DNA from: Candidatus Tenderia sp.
GTDB taxonomy: Bacteria; Pseudomonadota; Gammaproteobacteria; Tenderiales; Tenderiaceae
Reading direction: 5' to 3'
DNA length: 64,000 nucleotides
Assembly: GCA_031416075.1 (NCBI GenBank)
Contig: JANOSY010000024.1
Span: 1 to 64,000 of the forward strand
Position 1 is the first letter of the stretch. Every line of letters begins with the position of its first letter. The notes beneath the pieces are model-generated. The model was not told the DNA's origin. It searched no databases and saw only the letters and a list, made by a program, of their open reading frames with translations. The position numbers and the translations under genes are program-made. Below are positions 59,586-64,000 of the stretch, piece by piece.

Positions 59586-60452
59586 TTACAGAACCTCCAG
59601 CATCCTGCTGCCAATCTCGGCGGGTGAACGAACCACATGGGCACCAGCGGCGGAGAGCGCCTTAAACTTCTCTTCCGCCGTCCCTTTACCACCAGCGATA
59701 ATGGCACCGGCATGTCCCATACGTTTGCCGGGCGGCGCGGTGACACCCGCGATATAAGCAACTACAGGCTTGGTGACATACTCCCTAATATATTCAGCGG
59801 CGGCCTCTTCGGCGCTGCCACCGATCTCACCGACCATGACGATCCCTTCGGTCTGTGGATCGTTCTGAAACAGCTCAAGGCAGTCGATGAAATCCATGCC
59901 TTGAATCGGGTCGCCACCGATGCCGATGCAGGTGCTCTGCCCCAGACCGTTGTTGGTGGTCTGGAACACCGCTTCGTAGGTAAGTGTGCCGGAGCGAGAC
60001 ACAATACCAATCTTGCCCGGCTTGTGGATGTTGCCGGGCATGATGCCGATCTTGCACTCACCGGGAGTGATCAGGCCAGGACAGTTGGGACCGATCAGGC
60101 GTACATCGCTACCCGCCAGCGCATATTTAACCTTGAGCATATCCTGCACTGGAATCCCTTCGGTGATGCAAGCGATAACACTGATACCGGCATCGGCCGC
60201 CTCAAGGATGGCATCGGCGGCGAATGCAGCAGGCACGTAGATCATGGTGGCATCGGCACCCGTTTCACGCACCGCATCGTGCACGGTATCAAACACCGGC
60301 AGGTTGAGATGCCGTTGACCACCCTTGCCCGGCGTGACACCGCCGACCATCTTGGTGCCGTAAGCAATGCCCTGTTCGGAGTGGAAGGTACCCTGCTTAC
60401 CGGTAAACCCCTGGCAGATCACCTTGGTGTTTTTATTGATCAGAACCGCCAT
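59586..60452 (-). CDS. sucD: Succinyl-CoA ligase alpha subunit
   Basis: [33 protein letters not shown]. Confidence 0.98.
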   Translation of the reverse strand: MAVLINKNTKVICQGFTGKQGTFHSEQGIAYGTKMVGGVTPGKGGQRHLNLPVFDTVHDAVRETGADATMIYVPAAFAADAILEAADAGISVIACITEGIPVQDMLKVKYALAGSDVRLIGPNCPGLITPGECKIGIMPGNIHKPGKIGIVSRSGTLTYEAVFQTTNNGLGQSTCIGIGGDPIQGMDFIDCLELFQNDPQTEGIVMVGEIGGSAEEAAAEYIREYVTKPVVAYIAGVTAPPGKRMGHAGAIIAGGKGTAEEKFKALSAAGAHVVRSPAEIGSRMLEVL

Positions 60453-60453
60453 C

Positions 60454-61623
60454 TCACTTCACTCCTTTGGAGGCTGCAACGGCCTTCTGCGCCGCATCGG
60501 TCAGATCAAGCGCGCTGGTAATCGCCAGACCGCTGTTGTCCAGCAGCTCACGGCCCAGTGCCGCATTCGTCCCTTCAAGGCGCACGATCACCGGGATCGA
60601 CATCCCGATCTCTTTTACTGCCGCAATAATCCCTTCAGCAATCAGATTGCAACGCACGATGCCGCCGAAGATGTTGACCAGTACCGCCTTCACTTTTTTA
60701 TCACCGAGGATCAGCTTGAACGCCTCTGCCACCTTCTCAGCCGTCGTACCACCACCAACATCGAGGAAGTTGGCAGGGAAACCACCGTGCAGCTTGATCA
60801 AGTCCATCGTCGCCATCGCCAGACCGGCACCATTGACCATGCAACCGATCTCGCCATCTAGCGTCACATAGTTCAGGCCGTGTTTTTCAGCTTCGTGTTC
60901 GGTGGGGTCTTCCTGAGAGGCGTCCTGCATCTCCGCCACATGTTTCTGTCGATACAGCGCGCTGCTGTCGATACCGACCTTGGCATCCAGCGCCAGCAGC
61001 TCACCGGCCTTGGTGATCACCAGTGGATTGATCTCCACCATGCTGGCATCTTTTTCGGTAAACATCTTGTAGAGCGACATGAGCAGCTTGGTCATCTGAC
61101 CGGCGAGTTCGGCAGGCAGGCCGATGCCAAAACTGATCTGGCGGCACTGGTAAGGCATCAGCCCCACAGCGGGATCGACAACGACCTTGATCAGCGCCTC
61201 GGGCTGATTCTCAGCCACCTCTTCGATATCCATACCCCCCATGGCAGAGGCCATTAACACAATACGCTCACTACCACGGTCCACCAGCAGGCTGACATAC
61301 AGCTCTTTATCAATATCGCAAAGCGACTCGATCAATACCGTATTAATAGGCAAACCCTTGGCATCGGTCTGGTGTGTCACCAACCGTGTACCAAAATAAC
61401 CCTGCGCAGCCACCTTAAGCTCATCAACACTCTTGACCCGCTTCACGCCACCTGCCTTACCCCGGCCACCGGCGTGAACCTGGGCCTTAATTACCCAACC
61501 AGTACCACCCAATGTATTGGCTGCGGCCTCTACCTCGGCCACCGACTTGGCAGCGACACCCTTGAGTATTGGCACGCCATACTGCAAGAAGAGCTGTTTT
61601 GCTTGATATTCATGAAGATTCAT
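60454..61623 (-). CDS. sucC: Succinyl-CoA ligase beta subunit
   Basis: [44 protein letters not shown]. Confidence 0.98.
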   Translation of the reverse strand: MNLHEYQAKQLFLQYGVPILKGVAAKSVAEVEAAANTLGGTGWVIKAQVHAGGRGKAGGVKRVKSVDELKVAAQGYFGTRLVTHQTDAKGLPINTVLIESLCDIDKELYVSLLVDRGSERIVLMASAMGGMDIEEVAENQPEALIKVVVDPAVGLMPYQCRQISFGIGLPAELAGQMTKLLMSLYKMFTEKDASMVEINPLVITKAGELLALDAKVGIDSSALYRQKHVAEMQDASQEDPTEHEAEKHGLNYVTLDGEIGCMVNGAGLAMATMDLIKLHGGFPANFLDVGGGTTAEKVAEAFKLILGDKKVKAVLVNIFGGIVRCNLIAEGIIAAVKEIGMSIPVIVRLEGTNAALGRELLDNSGLAITSALDLTDAAQKAVAASKGVK

Positions 61624-61877
61624 ACTGGCATCCTTCGCCTGATTCGTAAATTAGCGCCCATTTTTTATGGCCCTGAACAACCATGCTATCGACCGCAACT
61701 AATGGAGGTTGACTGAACACACACCACCATACCTCTTCAACTCAGAGAAACGGACAGTGATAAAAAGAAAAATGGAAATTGCAACGCCGCAACCTACACC
61801 CACTCAGGGCAACGGGCAGCGCCGTGCCATTATAATGCAGAAATCCAGACAGGCAATCGACGTGCTAAATGCCCGTT

Positions 61878-63155
61878 TCAGCGACGCACCACCAGCGCCG
61901 GGGTGATATCCACTTTTGCGGAATAGATCGCCTCAAGCTCAACCACCTCAAGCCCCGCCTTTTCATTGCCATGCTGCTGAGCCATGCGGTACCACTGCAA
62001 CGCCTGGGCGTAATCCTGTGTCACTCCCCAACCATTTTTATAGAGTGTCGCCACATGATACTGGGCATCGGGATCACCTTGACGAGCCGCTACTGTCAGC
62101 CATTGCGCGGCCTTTTTAAGATCCTTTGCAACACCATCACCCGTCAGGTAAATCAACCCCAGATTAAACTGCGCCGTCAACTCACCCTGCTGTGTAGCCA
62201 AGGTATACCACTCAATCGCCCTGACCATATCCACGGCCACGCCCAACCCTTTGTGGTACATAAAACCGATGCTGCTCTGGGCCTTTGCGTACCCCTGTCG
62301 CGCTGCGTTTTGGTACCACATCAATGCACGTTCATAATCACGCCCAGTCCCATTGCCATCACGGTACATCAATGCCAGATTGGTTTGAGCCACCACATTT
62401 CCCTGGGTCGCCGCCTTGTAGAACAGCTCAAATGATCTGGACAGATCAACCTCGCCCCCCTCGCCATTCATATACATCATGCCTAAGGTCACCTGGGCAT
62501 CCGGGCTGGACTGGGCAGCCGCCTTGCTCAACCACTCCCGCGCCAGCTCAAAGTTCTGGACCACGCCATCACCCTTTTTATACATGTAACCCAAGCTATA
62601 CTGGGCAAAACTGTACTCCTGTTCCGCCGCCAAACGGTACCAACGCTCAGCTTCAGCTAAATTCTTAACCACCCCTTCACCGTAATAGTGGATGTCACCC
62701 ACCGCATATTGTGCCGCCGCCAAACCATTGTCCGCGGCCTTGCGTAACCACTTCAGCCCCAGCCAGCTATCCTTCACTACCCCTTCGCCACGGCTGTACA
62801 TAAACCCCAAGCTGAACTGGGCATAAGCAAAATCCTGCACCGCCGCCTTGCGATACCAGGCAGCAGCCTGATGGTAATCTTGGGCAACCTGTTCGCCGTA
62901 ATAGTAAAAATCAGCCAGCTCACTCTGCTGGACCGGACTCACTACATGGAGAAACTGATTATCGCTACAGGGGGCCGCCAATCGATTGACCGTCGCTTGC
63001 TGCCACTCAACACAATTTAGGTCTACCGTAGAAAAACTGAGCTGTCGGGCGCGATCATCCACCGCTGCCTGCACGATAGGGGCGCATATTAATAGCGTCG
63101 GCAATACAACCAGATTTAGTTTTAAAAGATACCGAAAACTCATAAACAACTCCAC
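61878..63155 (-). CDS. Exported Sel1-repeat protein
   Basis: About nine 36-aa AQxxLGxMYxxGxGVxxD..A..W..AA repeats; N-terminal hydrophobic leader. Confidence 0.92.
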   Translation of the reverse strand: MELFMSFRYLLKLNLVVLPTLLICAPIVQAAVDDRARQLSFSTVDLNCVEWQQATVNRLAAPCSDNQFLHVVSPVQQSELADFYYYGEQVAQDYHQAAAWYRKAAVQDFAYAQFSLGFMYSRGEGVVKDSWLGLKWLRKAADNGLAAAQYAVGDIHYYGEGVVKNLAEAERWYRLAAEQEYSFAQYSLGYMYKKGDGVVQNFELAREWLSKAAAQSSPDAQVTLGMMYMNGEGGEVDLSRSFELFYKAATQGNVVAQTNLALMYRDGNGTGRDYERALMWYQNAARQGYAKAQSSIGFMYHKGLGVAVDMVRAIEWYTLATQQGELTAQFNLGLIYLTGDGVAKDLKKAAQWLTVAARQGDPDAQYHVATLYKNGWGVTQDYAQALQWYRMAQQHGNEKAGLEVVELEAIYSAKVDITPALVVRR

Positions 63156-63569
63156 TCAACTCGCTGTTTATCAAAGATAAACACTCTAAAAAGACAACGA
63201 CCGCAGCGTTGAACAAAGTGTCTGTGAGATAATAAAAACCGCCAAACACCTAGCTTGTTAACGGTTCCAGAAGAAAATTCTTAATTAAAAATAAGCTAAC
63301 CTCCCCACATAAACCCCAAAAAAACCTCCGTCACAACCTCATAAAACACCTTCAACAGAATGATTTGTATTAATAAAACACCCAGCCACAAAGGGCCTGA
63401 TTTTAATTTACACACCACATAAAGCCCCCTTATTTTTCACAAACCCACTGATCCCGATCCGCCCTACCGAACACCATCATTTTTAGCAATCTCTTCTGTA
63501 ATCATTCCAAAACTTGCGCCGATACCAATGCCCCCTCATAATTGACCGTTTTTACACTACGCTGAGAGC

Positions 63570-64000
63570 ATGACCAGCCAACACTACCCACTTTTAGATA
63601 GCATCCCCACCCCTGATGAGCTACGGCAACTACCGCCAGAGCAGCTGACGACCTTGGCGGATGAGCTACGCAGCTTCCTGATTCAGTCAGTGAGCCACAC
63701 TGGCGGCCATCTTTCCGCCGGACTGGGGACGGTCGAACTGACCATCGCCCTGCACTACGTCTTTAACACCCCCGACGACCGACTGGTCTGGGATGTGGGC
63801 CATCAAAGCTATCCCCATAAAATCCTCACTGGTCGTCGCGAGCTAATGCCATCACTGCGCCAGCGCGGTGGTTTGGCGGGGTTTCCCAAGCGCGAAGAGA
63901 GTCCTTACGACACTTTTGGTGTGGGCCACTCCAGCACCTCCATCAGCGCCGCCCTCGGCATGGCGCTAGCCGCCAAGGCCCAAGGGCTAAAACGCAAAGT
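63570..64000 (+). CDS. dxs: 1-deoxy-D-xylulose-5-phosphate synthase, 3'-truncated by the window edge
   Basis: [72 protein letters not shown]. Confidence 0.96.
   Translation, partial: MTSQHYPLLDSIPTPDELRQLPPEQLTTLADELRSFLIQSVSHTGGHLSAGLGTVELTIALHYVFNTPDDRLVWDVGHQSYPHKILTGRRELMPSLRQRGGLAGFPKREESPYDTFGVGHSSTSISAALGMALAAKAQGLKRK

Noticed and set aside
59637-60521. 294-aa plus-strand ORF and similar long antisense ORFs (7234-7965, 48126-49610, 51080-51760)
   Set aside because: Shadow frames opposite well-conserved genes (sucD, ybbP, sucA, nadE) with no recognisable motifs.
61878-63155. 108-bp periodicity as a DNA repeat array
   Set aside because: Explained by Sel1 protein repeats; the nucleotide copies are highly diverged.

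Overview
Gammaproteobacterial chromosomal window. A housekeeping backbone (ybbPA/tesA, dapC-dapD-yffB, yeaG/prkA-yeaH-spoVR, phoB-phoR-pstS, lpdA-sucB-sucA, glnB-nadE, sucD-sucC, dxs) is interrupted by four accessory tracts. (1) 1-5.9 kb is a decayed integron cassette array with one clear attC, two eroded attC sites and no integrase in view. It contains an AT-rich four-gene operon (SAM methyltransferase with a single in-frame TAG, KAS III/FabH-like enzyme, 2TM + PLD-like protein, HIT hydrolase) bracketed by two diverged copies of the 3' end of an ada/ogt gene. This operon is the best candidate for an undescribed system, possibly small-molecule signalling or anti-phage defence (inference). (2) 11-15.8 kb holds gene debris (RecQ, RAYT and def fragments) and two secreted-protein genes. 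(3) 37.5-44.2 kb holds a decayed K+ channel operon cut off at an IS200/IS605-type hairpin pair, a large secreted beta-helix protein and a beta-propeller protein. (4) 52.2-59.5 kb holds a 2111-aa DUF4347/Fn3 surface protein with an internal GlyGly-CTERM-like anchor followed by a beta-barrel, divergent from a tail-collar gene. Also found: a DnaA-box trio, Pho boxes, a sigma54 promoter and an unannotated 36-aa membrane peptide. All family assignments come from recognising motifs by eye; no searches were run.
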